Source: an uncultured delta proteobacterium
Lineage (GTDB): Bacteria > Desulfobacterota > Syntrophorhabdia > Syntrophorhabdales > WCHB1-27
Reading direction: 5' to 3'
Assembly: GCA_963810935.1 (NCBI GenBank)
Contig: CAWEPK010000007.1
Location: 369,811 to 433,810 of the forward strand
Length of the DNA: 64,000 nt
The notes beneath the pieces were generated by a model. It was not told the DNA's origin. It saw nothing but the letters and a program-made list of their open reading frames with translations, and searched no databases. Positions within the stretch are counted from its first letter, which is position 1, and each line of letters opens with the position of its first letter. Shown here in pieces: positions 1 through 10,017 of the stretch. Made by a program: the position numbers and the translations under genes.

Positions 1-329
1 ATCTCGCTCCGCTCGATATGTACGTAGTCCACGAGGAGCTTTTTCTGCCTGGCAAGCGTGGCGAGGTCGAACCCGAGGGACTTCACGTTCTGCGCCAATT
101 CCTCGGCGGTTTCCTCGAAGGCCATGAAGACGCCGGGCTCGCCGTAGTCGTTCGCCCCATGGACGAGGAACTCCATCGCCATCAATGTCTTGCCGGAGCC
201 CGCCGGGCCGGTCACGAGCGTGGGCCTGCCTTTCGGAATGCCTCCGCCGGTGATCTCGTCAAGTCCGTTTATACCTGTGGGTGATTTCGGAAAAACGTTT
301 TTGCGGGTTGTTTTTACGGGCCTATCCAC
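1..329 (-). CDS. kaiC: KaiC-family ATPase, N-terminal part (runs off the window edge)
   Basis: Manual translation, absent from the ORF track: VDRPVK...KSPTGINGLDEITGGGIPKGRPTLVTGPAGSGKTLMAMEFLVHGANDYGEPGVFMAFEETAEELAQNVKSLGFDL. Walker A and FEE motifs of KaiC domain CI. Confidence 0.9.
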   Translation of the reverse strand, partial: MDRPVKTTRKNVFPKSPTGINGLDEITGGGIPKGRPTLVTGPAGSGKTLMAMEFLVHGANDYGEPGVFMAFEETAEELAQNVKSLGFDLATLARQKKLLVDYVHIERSE

Positions 330-940
330 TCTACACCCCCCTCTCCCTCCATCGTTCTGGAGGGGCGTCAGTCGGATTTGTACGGCTTTTGGCGCGAATG
401 CCGGTCCGATAAATTTACCGATTGAAATTACCCCAGCAGGCGGCATAAGTCAAGGATATTCCGGCCCCGGCACTAACGATGCAGGGTCGGCTGCCATAAC
501 CGGGGCAGCGGCGAATTGATGACAGAGCATCTGTTCAACGTCGTAGCGCCTTAAGGGTGTGGGGCGAAAGACTTCGCCTCGTTGTTGAAATAGGGGACCA
601 GGTTTTGTTGATTCTTTTGCCGGGAGAGATGTGCCCGGAAAGGGCCATTAGACAAACGTTCTTCCGGGGTTAGGCCGATTTCTCTTGACACCATTGTCAT
701 ACTTTATTAAACTAGTTAACCTGATAAAAAACCTCGGGTGAGTGCGGACCAAAGGAAACGGTATGCTGCACCCCCTGAAGACGTGAAAGCTCCCTGTTAG
801 GGCCCTGAAAGGAGCGCATGCGGGCAGCGAACGGGCGCTCCGCCGGTTTCGCCGGGGAGGCATCGACCTATGGCCGCCGGACGTATGCTGCGCACCGGAC
901 GGGCTGGAGGTATAAGGTGGACGGAGGCGGGAAAACCGCT

Positions 941-2340
941 ATGGAAGATCTGAGCGAGGGCATTGCACTTCTGAAGGGCGAGTTGTTCGCCAACCCCGAA
1001 TTTTTACGGATGCTGGGGTGGGCCGCTACCGGTGCGGATGCATCGGCCGACGCAGCCTGCGGGCCGGGCAGCCGGGGCCTTGCGGACATAAAGGCCATTC
1101 TTCAGAGCGGGGCCGCCCGGTTCGAGACAACGGGCGTGGCCAAGGACGGCACGCAGTCACGCATCGAGGTCTCCATTACGGCCGTCCCGTCTGACGGGCC
1201 TGCCTATCTCGTATGCGTCAGGGACGTCACCGACCGCAAAAAAGCTGAGAGCGACAGGGCCGTTCTGGAGGCGCGCCTTCAGAGGTCCGTCGAGGGCTTC
1301 GGCGCGTTCGCGGGTAAGCTTTCGCACGACGTCGGCAACAGCCTCATGGCGCTCATGGGGTACGCCAGCCTCCTGAAATCGAGCACCGGCGACGACAAAC
1401 TGAAAAGATACGCCGACCTGATCATCAATGCCTCGGAGACTGCGGCCGGCTTCGTCCGGACATTCGGGGACGCGGGCGCTGAAGCGGCCTCTTTCGCGCC
1501 GCTCGACCTGAACGACGCGGCAATGGGCGCGGCAAAGACGCTGCTCGCCGGAGGGGGCCGGATGAGCGTCAAGCTCGCAGGCGAGCGCCTCGTCGTATCG
1601 GCGGACGCCGCGCAGCTCACGGAGGCGATAGTCTGCCTCGCCGGGGATTTACAGGATACGCCGGGGAAGACGCAGTTGCGGATAGAGACGGGCATTGCCG
1701 CCGCGCCTGCGGACGGGCAGGGCTCGGAGAGCGCGGAGCGCGCCTGGGGGATGCTCTCGATCTCCTACACAGGCGAAGGCGCAGGCGCAAGTCCGGCACA
1801 GGCCGGCCGCGCCGATGCAGCCATGCGCCTTTCCGCTGCCTACGCGACACTGAGGCGCCACCGTTGCCGGATAGCGTTTTCGGGCGCGGAGTGCGCATTT
1901 ATTTCCCGCTCGCGGTAGAGAGCAGGCGCGCGGAAACTTTGGAAGCGGGGCCGGTTGCCGAAAGTCCCCAGGATGTACTCCTACTGGCGGACGACGACAC
2001 GGCCGCGCGCAGCGCGACTGCGGAGGTCCTTCGCGAAGAAGGATACGGCGTGCTGGAAGCCTCCGACGGCGAAGAGGCGATCGATACGTTTACGGATAAC
2101 AAGGAGATCGTGAAGCTCGTCCTGCTCGATATGGACATGCCGAAAAAGAACGGGAAAGAGGTTTACGAGTTCCTGAAGAAGGCGCACCCCGGCGTGCGCG
2201 TCTTGTTCATCACAGGCCGGGCCAAAGAGGCCATCGTGGGGCGGGCCGCGAAGGACGGGCAGACAGGATTTGTCCAGAAGCCCGTATCGCCAACTGCACT
2301 CCTCGCCAAAATCAAAGAGATGTTGGCATCTCGGGCTTAA
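941..2340 (+). CDS. PAS/PAC hybrid sensor kinase with C-terminal receiver domain (frameshift near 1880; ATPase domain degenerate)
   Basis: PAC (KDGTQSRIEVS...VRDVTDRK), H-box SHDVGNSL, receiver LADDD...LLDMDMPKKNG...FITG...QKP in the next frame. Confidence 0.8.
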
Positions 2341-2553
2341 CTATTGACAAACATTGCAATAATGATATCATTCTCTATCCTTACGACAATATGTATCCGG
2401 GTACATCCGGAAGGTAAAGAACTGTAGAGCTATGGCATTGCTTCCTCTTTCTTCTCTCCCTCCTCCTTCCAACGGCTCCCGTCCTTTTCCGGCACGTCCG
2501 CACGCCTGGAAGACCCGGCCCGGGGTTGCTACTAACGAGAGGTCAAACCCCCA

Positions 2554-3820
2554 ATGACAAAAGACGATTTCCCGCTGAGGTCGGCAGCGGAAGAATTGCT
2601 GCGAATGAAACCGGACATGTACCTCGACGAGATGGAGAGAAGCGTGGGCGTGATGTTCCACGAGCTGCGCCTGCACAAGATCGAACTGGAGATGCAGAAC
2701 CAGAACCTGATCGAGATGCAGCAGGTGGTCGAGGAGACCCGGACAAAGTATGCCCGGTTCTTTGAGTCATCGCCCGTAGCCTGCTTCATTGTCGATACGG
2801 CAGGGGTGGTCCAGGACTTCAATGCTGCGGCCATGTCTTTCCTGTCGGTCAGGAATAAGAAATTTCTTCTCCGCACGCCGTTCTCGCTGTGCGTTGCGCC
2901 GGAATCGAAGCGCGCCTTCCTCGACCTCCTCTACAAGATGAGAAAAGGCTCGGATAAAGAGACCTGCGAGGTTTTTGTGAGGAGGCGCGAAGGCAAGCCT
3001 GTTTGCGCGGTCCTCTGCGCCCAGGCGCTGCGGCGTTCCCCCGGCGAGGCGATTTGTCACATAGCCCTTATCGATATAACGGCGAGGCGGGAAGCTGAGG
3101 AGCAGGAACGGAAGCGGAGCGAGAATCACAGGATGGACGCCCTATTGACGATGGCGGGCGGCATCGCCCATGAAGTCAACAATGCCCTCGCTATTATCAT
3201 GGGTTATGCAGAGATGGCCCTGGAGGACGCGGAGGATAAGAAGGTACGGCAAAGCATGGGCCACATCCTTAAAGCCGCCATAAGGGTGCGCGAGACGACG
3301 AAGGCGCTGATCTCCTTCAGCCGCCAGAAGAATGTGAGCAAGGAAAAGATCGATTTGTGCGAGGTGGTCGGGAAGGCCGCCGGTAAATTCGAGGCGTCGA
3401 CGGCGAGTGCTGTCCGGATATCGATGCGCCTGGGCGATACGCTGCCTGCCGTCCTCGCCGATGCGGCAAAAATAGAGCAGACTAGTGACGAACCTCTGCG
3501 CCAACGCTGCGGCAGCCGTCCGGGAGACGGGGGGAGAGATCGAGATAAGCATCGAGAGGGCGGAAGCGGGGAAACTGCCCGCCGGGTTGAAAAAGGGGCG
3601 GTACATCCTTCTCAGAGTGCGGGATACGGGGAAGGGCATCGAGGAGAAGATTATCCATCGCGTCTTCGAGCCCTTCTTCACGACGAAGGCGTCGGGCGAA
3701 GGCCTGGGCCTGGGGCTTTCCGTGGCCTACGGCATAGTGAAAAAGCACGACGGTCAGATTGACATAGAGAGTGAGGAGGGGAGGGGGACGACGGTCAGTG
3801 TATACCTCCCCGAAGGGTAG
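2554..3820 (+). CDS. PAS sensor histidine kinase (frameshift near 3485)
   Basis: ELRLHKIELEMQN coiled coil, PAS, H-box AGGIAHEVNN; N/G boxes (NLCANA, DTGKGI, FEPFFTTK, GLGLGLS) in the shifted frame. Confidence 0.88.
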
Positions 3821-3826
3821 TTGGGT

Positions 3827-3959
3827 GGGTGGGCCCGGTTAATTTTGCGGCCTTCGCGTCGTTTTTCTCGGCGCGAGTCCTCACGTACACAAACCGTACG
3901 CTCCGGCTCTCGCCTTCGAAAAACAACGCGAATTCCATCAAAAGTTCCTCCGGCCGCTC
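3827..3959 (+). repeat. ~130-bp palindromic dispersed repeat (MITE/REP-like), copy 1
   Basis: GGCC(C)GG...GCGGCCTTCGCGTCGTTT...CTCAC.TAC...GTACGCTCC...AACGCGAATTCCATC...CCGGCC, shared with six other loci. Confidence 0.9.
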
Positions 3960-3976
3960 GGTGAGCAAAAGCTAAT

Positions 3977-4990
3977 TCATTTACCCTGGTGCACGGCCAT
4001 TATTAGATCAACACCATCAGGTGCGAGATAAATTTGTTGAGTCCCACCAACGTGCCGATCGCCTTGCCCCACCTGATTTCGTAGTGCGGCGTCAGCGTGC
4101 ACCCGTACTTCCTTTGAAACGCCTCCAGCCTCGGCAATTGCGTCCCTTGCGTATCCAGCTCCTTCAGGCCCAGCTCCCCGGAGGCGTACTTTATCATCTC
4201 CCACCACGCCAGCGGCGAAGCCCCGCCGTTGCTGTCATCGCTGAATCCCCCCATCAGCGCGTATATCCTGTGCTCGTCCCAGACCGCGCAGATCGCCGAC
4301 AGACTCTTTTCCGTCTTTGTCGACCGAAAGGAACATACGGCACTGCTTGCGCCTTTCCAGCTCGTCGAGGTACGCCCGCGCCTCCTCGGTCCGAAACCGC
4401 ATCCCCTGCCTTTCGTACGACTGAGCGATCACCAGCATGATCCTGTCGGTCGAGGCGTCCGTCAGCACGCGCACGCCCGCCGCCTTCGCGCCCCTTATGG
4501 CCTGCCGCCTCTGCTGGTGCAGGCCCTGCCAGACCTGCTCCGTGTCGCCGATATCAAGGCGGTACGTGTACCACGGCCGCACGACGAAATCGTCCCAGAT
4601 GAAGGGGAGCATACAATCAACGCCGGGGGCGAAGAGCGCGATCCCCCAGGAATACTTTTCCGGCAGGAACTTGGCAAACGAGGAGGCCACTTCCTGCTGG
4701 AACGATATCTGGTGGACGAGGCTGCCTTCCGGCTTTTTGACTACGAAGCCGGAATAGAACGTCATGAAGGGGGCGCCCGCCATGTGCATCCCCAGGATGT
4801 TTTTGCGCGAGGCTACGTATCCGCCGACGAGGTTCCCCGACCGGTACGCGCCCCAGAGGTCGAACGGCCTGCCTGACGCCTTCAGCCAGTACGACTTATG
4901 GAAGATGGTGCCGTTATCGGAGATTGAGACGAATTTATCCCAGGAATCGTAATCGTTCTCGCCGATAGCCGCGATCTCGACGTGCTTCAT
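3977..4990 (-). CDS. GNAT/FemAB-like acyltransferase (frameshifts near 4200-4290)
   Basis: WDKFV...GTIFH..YWL, YTYRLD, RRQAIRGAKAAGV; C-terminal LAWWEMIKYA...LDTQGTQLPRLEAFQRKYG in another frame. Confidence 0.72.
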
Positions 4991-5332
4991 AGCGCATGCC
5001 TCCTTTAGAGGGGAGGGGCGTGAGCGTACGCCTTGTCCGCGCGCAAAGGTGATGGGCGCGGCCCGGGAGGATCGTCGTTTAGCTGTATTAACAGGACGTG
5101 TCCGTCAGTGCACGGCGGGACGGGAAAAAAGCGCGCTTTTCTCGTCCCGCCGGTGCCGGCCCCTATGTGATTCCCCTAGGGCTAAATGTGGCAACGGGGA
5201 GGCGAATTGTCAACCACGTGAGGGACGTACGTCCCCGAGAGACAGGGAAAAGGCGCGAAAAGAGCCCGGCATGTCCCGCACCCCCCGTTAAATTGATTGA
5301 CAAGGTTTTTCCTATCTTGATAAAGTGATGCT

Positions 5333-6139
5333 ATGCCAGGACGACCCAAGGAGGAGAGAATGAAGGGAATTGAACGCGCCTGCGGCCGGTCCGTGAAAAA
5401 GACCGCTCACGTTGCACTTGTTCTCCTCCTGGGAGCAGCTTTCGCCGCCCTCGTATCAGCGGCTTTGCCGTGCAGTGCGGCGGAGGTGCGCAACCTCAAG
5501 CCGGGCGAGAAAAACGGCAGCGCCGTATTCACATACGACCTCGTCGGCCAGAAGGGCGAGAAAGAGGCCGAGGTCAGCGTGGTCCTCATCCTGGACGGCA
5601 AGGAGTACCCGGAAAACGAGCTTCACCTGACGGGAGACTTCGGTACGGTTAAGGTCGGCAAGCACAAACGGATCACGTGGCACGTGACAAAGGACTTCGC
5701 CGACGGCTTCGACGGCGAGATCAAATACAGGATCACGGCTTCGAGCGAGGCCGGCCCGGCCGAGTCGATAGGGCCGGAGGAGCCGCAGGCAGAACTCGAC
5801 CCGCAAACAGAGCCCGAGCCGCCCGCAGAAAAGCCGAGGAAAAAGGGCCGCGTCAGCAGCATGGCCGCCTCCGGGCACTACGCCGGCGGCGGAAGGATGC
5901 TGACGGAGACGGGCACGGTAGTAGCCCTGGACGACGCGGGCGGCATAGTGATAAAGACAGGCAGGTCAAGCGGCCACATGACCGTCGGCGCAGCGATACA
6001 GTCCGATACGGTAGTAGTCGTCAAAGGCAGAAGGGTGCCTGTTTCGCGGATGGGGAATGAGATAAGCGTGGGGGATACTATTACCCTGCGATACCTTAAG
6101 GGCGACGATCTATACGCCCGTCAAATAACGAAACAATAA
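5333..6139 (+). CDS. Secreted hypothetical protein
   Basis: Long ORF with signal-peptide-like hydrophobic N-terminus, two globular parts and a Pro/Glu linker. Confidence 0.7.
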   Translation: MPGRPKEERMKGIERACGRSVKKTAHVALVLLLGAAFAALVSAALPCSAAEVRNLKPGEKNGSAVFTYDLVGQKGEKEAEVSVVLILDGKEYPENELHLTGDFGTVKVGKHKRITWHVTKDFADGFDGEIKYRITASSEAGPAESIGPEEPQAELDPQTEPEPPAEKPRKKGRVSSMAASGHYAGGGRMLTETGTVVALDDAGGIVIKTGRSSGHMTVGAAIQSDTVVVVKGRRVPVSRMGNEISVGDTITLRYLKGDDLYARQITKQ

Positions 6140-6145
6140 GAAGGG

Positions 6146-6314
6146 GGGCGGCCGGATCTTTTGGCGGCCTTCGCGTCGTTTTTCTCGGCGCGAGTCCTCA
6201 CTTGCCACCCGCGCCTGGCAAGCCCTGAGCGCGGGTACCCGGCTACCGTTTTATACGCTCCGGCTCTCGCCTTCGAAAAACAACGCGAATTCCATCGAAA
6301 ATCTCCGGCCGCCC
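6146..6314 (+). repeat. Palindromic repeat copy 2, with a 41-bp hairpin insert (6203-6243)
   Basis: Family consensus plus TGCCACCCGCGCCTGGCAAGCCCTGAGCGCGGGTACCCGGC in the central loop. Confidence 0.9.
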
Positions 6315-6362
6315 GTTCAGTAGTGGGGCTATGCTGTATGGTTCTTCACGCGTATCGAATCT

Positions 6363-7253
6363 TTATACGTCGATTTCCCATTCGATAAGCCTGTGTTGAA
6401 AATAGTCCCTAAGCAGGGCCAGCCTTAATCCCCTTTTGGTATCATTGGTGCCTTTAAATATTTCGCAAAACTTAATAACGTTATCATACGCTTGCTTGAC
6501 TGTCTCTTTGTCTACTCTGTTTTGCATCACCGATCTAAACGGTTGGCCGAGATAATCAACGGTAGGCCATCCGTCATCGTCAACCATCAGAAGATCAAGA
6601 CAGATTCTGGCCGTGTCCGCGCTGACCGTATCATAAACGTTCTCGGGTCTGCGATTCAAAGTTTGTTGCAGGTAATCGATACAATTACGCCCCACAATGA
6701 TCCTGGGATGTTGCGCTATTTTAGATTCAAGGATATAGGCCCTAGATAGACAGGCTCCATAAATCTCACCTTTTTCGATCTCCATTCCTATTCCAATATC
6801 GATTCCACCTCTTACGGGATGCCCAGCCATAAGTGACAGAAGCGCGATTGACGACGCTGCGGTGAAGAGCCCGTAAACACCGCGCATTGGTGCCTTGTTA
6901 CGATCAGTGGCCAAGGATGTGGATGCCACGACGCAGTCTGAAAATGATGCTATATGTATTGGATTATTAGTCATCAGGCTATACTGCTCACGTTGTTCAG
7001 GGGAAAGCGCGCTCAAGTCGGTCTGTCGCAGAGTAGAAAAGGAATCAAAATAATGCCTAAACAGCTTTCTCGTGCCAGAAACAACGCCGTACGTTTCTTT
7101 TAGGGCATGCACAAATGTCTCCATTTGTGCATTATCTTCTTTGTCGGGAAGGTCGTCCAAAGCCCTCAGATTCTCTTGTTGTCCGAGCACGTCAATAAAA
7201 CATACTGCATAGTAACCAACATTCATTTTGCTTTCCGCGTTAGTTTCTTTCAC
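6363..7253 (-). CDS. Class III nucleotide-cyclase-like protein, AT-rich
   Basis: VCFIDVLGQ, SFSDCVV, VRGGIDIG, IYGACLSRAYILES..A.HPRII motifs; GTG start after a GGAGG RBS. Confidence 0.6.
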   Translation of the reverse strand: MKETNAESKMNVGYYAVCFIDVLGQQENLRALDDLPDKEDNAQMETFVHALKETYGVVSGTRKLFRHYFDSFSTLRQTDLSALSPEQREQYSLMTNNPIHIASFSDCVVASTSLATDRNKAPMRGVYGLFTAASSIALLSLMAGHPVRGGIDIGIGMEIEKGEIYGACLSRAYILESKIAQHPRIIVGRNCIDYLQQTLNRRPENVYDTVSADTARICLDLLMVDDDGWPTVDYLGQPFRSVMQNRVDKETVKQAYDNVIKFCEIFKGTNDTKRGLRLALLRDYFQHRLIEWEIDV

Positions 7254-7378
7254 AATTACCCCTCCCCCACATACGTGTAGTAATGCTATTGTTTTACATA
7301 GCCCATTATGCCTGTCTGGAGACACAACGTGCAACAATAAAAATAGAATTATTGCCGTTTACTAGCACAGTGGTGGGG

Positions 7379-7506
7379 AGGGGCCGGGAGATTTTCGATG
7401 ATAGGCGCCGTGATCGAGGGGCCGCCGCCCGGAGCGTACGCAGTTGGTACGTGAGGACGCGCGAATCCGAGAGACAGGCGCATAGCGCGAAAAGATCCCG
7501 GCCCCT
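7379..7506 (-). repeat. Palindromic repeat copy 3 (divergent, reverse orientation)
   Basis: Reverse complement reads GGGGCCGGGATCTTTTCGCG...GTCCTCACGTAC...GTACGCTCCGG...CATCGAAAATCTCCCGGCCCC. Confidence 0.8.
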
Positions 7507-9437
7507 ATGTCGGTCCGCCGAAGAGTTTTATTGTTTGACGGACCAGCCTAGGTAAGGACGGATCGCGCGCACCCATTATTATTATGGCATCGCCGGGGCG
7601 CGCGTCGGCTTTCAGTATAGTCAGCAGATCATCCCTGTCTTTGATCGCTTTCGCCACAAACTCCGTCTCGCCCAGGGCCTCGACGATTTCTTCCGACGAT
7701 ATGTTTTTCTGCGCTGTCCCGCCCGCGTAATAAATGGGCAGCAAATACAGGGAATCGCCCGGCTGCATGGCGGCCCTGAACGCGGCTATGTATTCGTCCT
7801 TTAAAAAGCGCGTAGGGCCGAAGCCGTGGGGTTGGTAGACGGCGATGATGCGGGCGGACAACCCCTTTGCTGCGGTCAGCGCGGCCGTTATTTTTGCCGG
7901 GTTGTGCGCGAAATCGTCGATCACACTTACGCGCCCTTTCGTCTGCGTAATGTCGAAGCGCCGCGCCGTCCCCGCAAAGCCCTTCACTGCCGCTGCCAGC
8001 CCTGCGCCGATGCAGCCGAGATATTCGCAGACGCAGAGCGCGGCTGCCAGGTTTTCGAGGTTGTGCCTGCCGGGTAAGGGCAGGTCGTATCGGACGCCGC
8101 CTTTGACGAGGCGCACTGACGCGGGAAGCAGCTCGGTTGCGTCCGGCCGCCACCCGGCCGTAGCCGACGCCAGGCCGAAGCGCACCGTCGCAGGCAATGA
8201 CGCGAGCACGGGGTCGTCCGCGTTCGTCGCGCTCCAGCGGGTGCGTGAAATGAGCGTCGCGAAAAGACCTTTCAGCTCATCGACGCCCTTGTGGTCTTTC
8301 GATACGTTGAGCACAACGGCCGCCTCCGGCGCATACTTGACGATGGTCCCGTCGCTCTCGTCCGCCTCGACGATCAAAAGGTCCGACGCGCCGCTCCACG
8401 CATTGCCGATAAGACCCTGCCTCTCGAGCCTTCTCAGGGGCGCGCCGCTTATAAGGGATGGCGATTTGCCGCACGCAGTCAGCAGGCTCGAAGACGATTG
8501 CCGTTACTGTCGATTTGCCGCTGGTGCCCGCCACGGCGACCGTCCGGCTCATGCCGATGATCGCTGCGAGCAGGTCCGAGCGGTGCACGACGGGAGCGCC
8601 GCAGCGGGCCGCTGCCGCGATGTCGGGGTTCGTCTCTTCTATCGCGGTCGAGACGCAGACGATGTCCGTATCAAGCCCGACGCCGGAGCCGTCCTGGCCT
8701 GCGATGCGCACGCCGAGCGCTTCTAAGCTTGTGCGCATGGCTGCCGTGTCGTCGCTTGCCAGGAGGCGGTCTGAGCCGGACACAATGATGCCGAGGAACC
8801 GCAGGTATTGCGCCAGGGCGCTCATGCCTGTGCCGAAGATGCCCGTGAAATGGACGCTCCTTGCCTGCCGCCCGCCGATGCTCAATGCCGGGGGGTCGAT
8901 GTAGACGAGCATGCCCTCTCGGGCGATATCGAAGAGGCGGACGACGTCGCTGTTGCGCAGCGCGATGCAGCCGTGGGTGAGCGGCGTCCCTATGAGGTCT
9001 TCCCGGTTCGTGCCGTGGATGTAAATATAACGATCGAAGGAATCGACACCGGGGCCTTTGTTGATCCCGACTTCTGCGCCTTCGAGCCGCATGATGCGGC
9101 TGAGTATCAGGTTCTCTTCTGTCGATGCGCCGTCCCAGTCCGCGCCCGTATCCGCGCGGTCCCTGAAGACGCGGCCCAAAGGCGCGCCTGCGCCAATCTT
9201 CTCTTTGATGCGGTGGACGCCGGGCGGGGTCTTGAACGAATTCTCGCGGATGCCTGTGCCGAAGCGCGACGTCGACGCCGCATACCTCTCGATTATGCTG
9301 TCGCCGCGACAGACGAAAAGGGCCTGTGCCTCGACGGACTGGACGAGGTAGGTCTCGTCAGGGCGGGCCAAAAACGGCAGCAACCGGCCATATATGCGTC
9401 TAAGCGCTGCAACTTGCGTGCGATCTGTTCCTTCCAT
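7505..9437 (-). CDS. YkuD (L,D-transpeptidase-fold) domain fused to a MurC/Mpl-type Mur ligase (frameshift near 8485)
   Basis: IYIHGT...THGCIAL (YkuD HxxC) is in frame with VHFTGIFGTGMSALA and VAGTSGKST; the next frame has VEADESDG, IDDFAHNP, YQPHGF. Confidence 0.85.
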
Positions 9438-9588
9438 TGACACGCCGTCAATATAGCGCAATTGGTCATCGGACCACAAGCAATCTTACGCCCATCGCCC
9501 CACTTGTTGTTGCTCTTGCGCAACTTGGGAATTAAGCTACGGGAATGCGGGCCTTCCTTAAGGGACAGGCCCAGTCCGCCTTGCGAGG

Positions 9589-9993
9589 ATGCAGATGACA
9601 ACGAACAAATTGGTGAAGGCGATCGACGCGGCGGTCGATCTGGTCAACCATGGGCGTTACGGCGAGGCGGAGGCGCTTACGAAAAAGGTGACGGCGCGCG
9701 TTCCCGGCAGCGGGATGGCCTGGAAGCTCCTCGGCGCGGTGCTCGCGATGCAGGGGAAGAACGAAGAAGCAGTCGATCCTCTGCGCAAAGCTGCCGCGTT
9801 CCTGCCGAACGACGTGGAGGCGCAGGCGAACCTGGGTGTAATCCTCCACGACCGGGGCCGGCCCGCCGAGGCAGAGGCGGCATACCGAAAGGCCCTCGCA
9901 ATCAAGCCCGATTACGCAGAGGCCCGGAAAAACCTGACCGAAATTCTGGAGACACAGCACGAGCCGGCAGAGGAAGGCAAGTCAGGGGGATAA
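9589..9993 (+). CDS. Tetratricopeptide repeat protein
   Basis: AWKLLG..L...G...EA...L.KA....P, AQANLG, AYRKALAIKPDYAEARKNL. Confidence 0.85.
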   Translation: MQMTTNKLVKAIDAAVDLVNHGRYGEAEALTKKVTARVPGSGMAWKLLGAVLAMQGKNEEAVDPLRKAAAFLPNDVEAQANLGVILHDRGRPAEAEAAYRKALAIKPDYAEARKNLTEILETQHEPAEEGKSGG

Positions 9994-10017
9994 AGTTAAT
10001 ACCCCCGGCATCCCGCA

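Noticed and set aside
6363..7253. Pycsar or CBASS defence system
   Set aside because: No adjacent TIR, TM or cNMP-binding effector; only a cyclase-like resemblance
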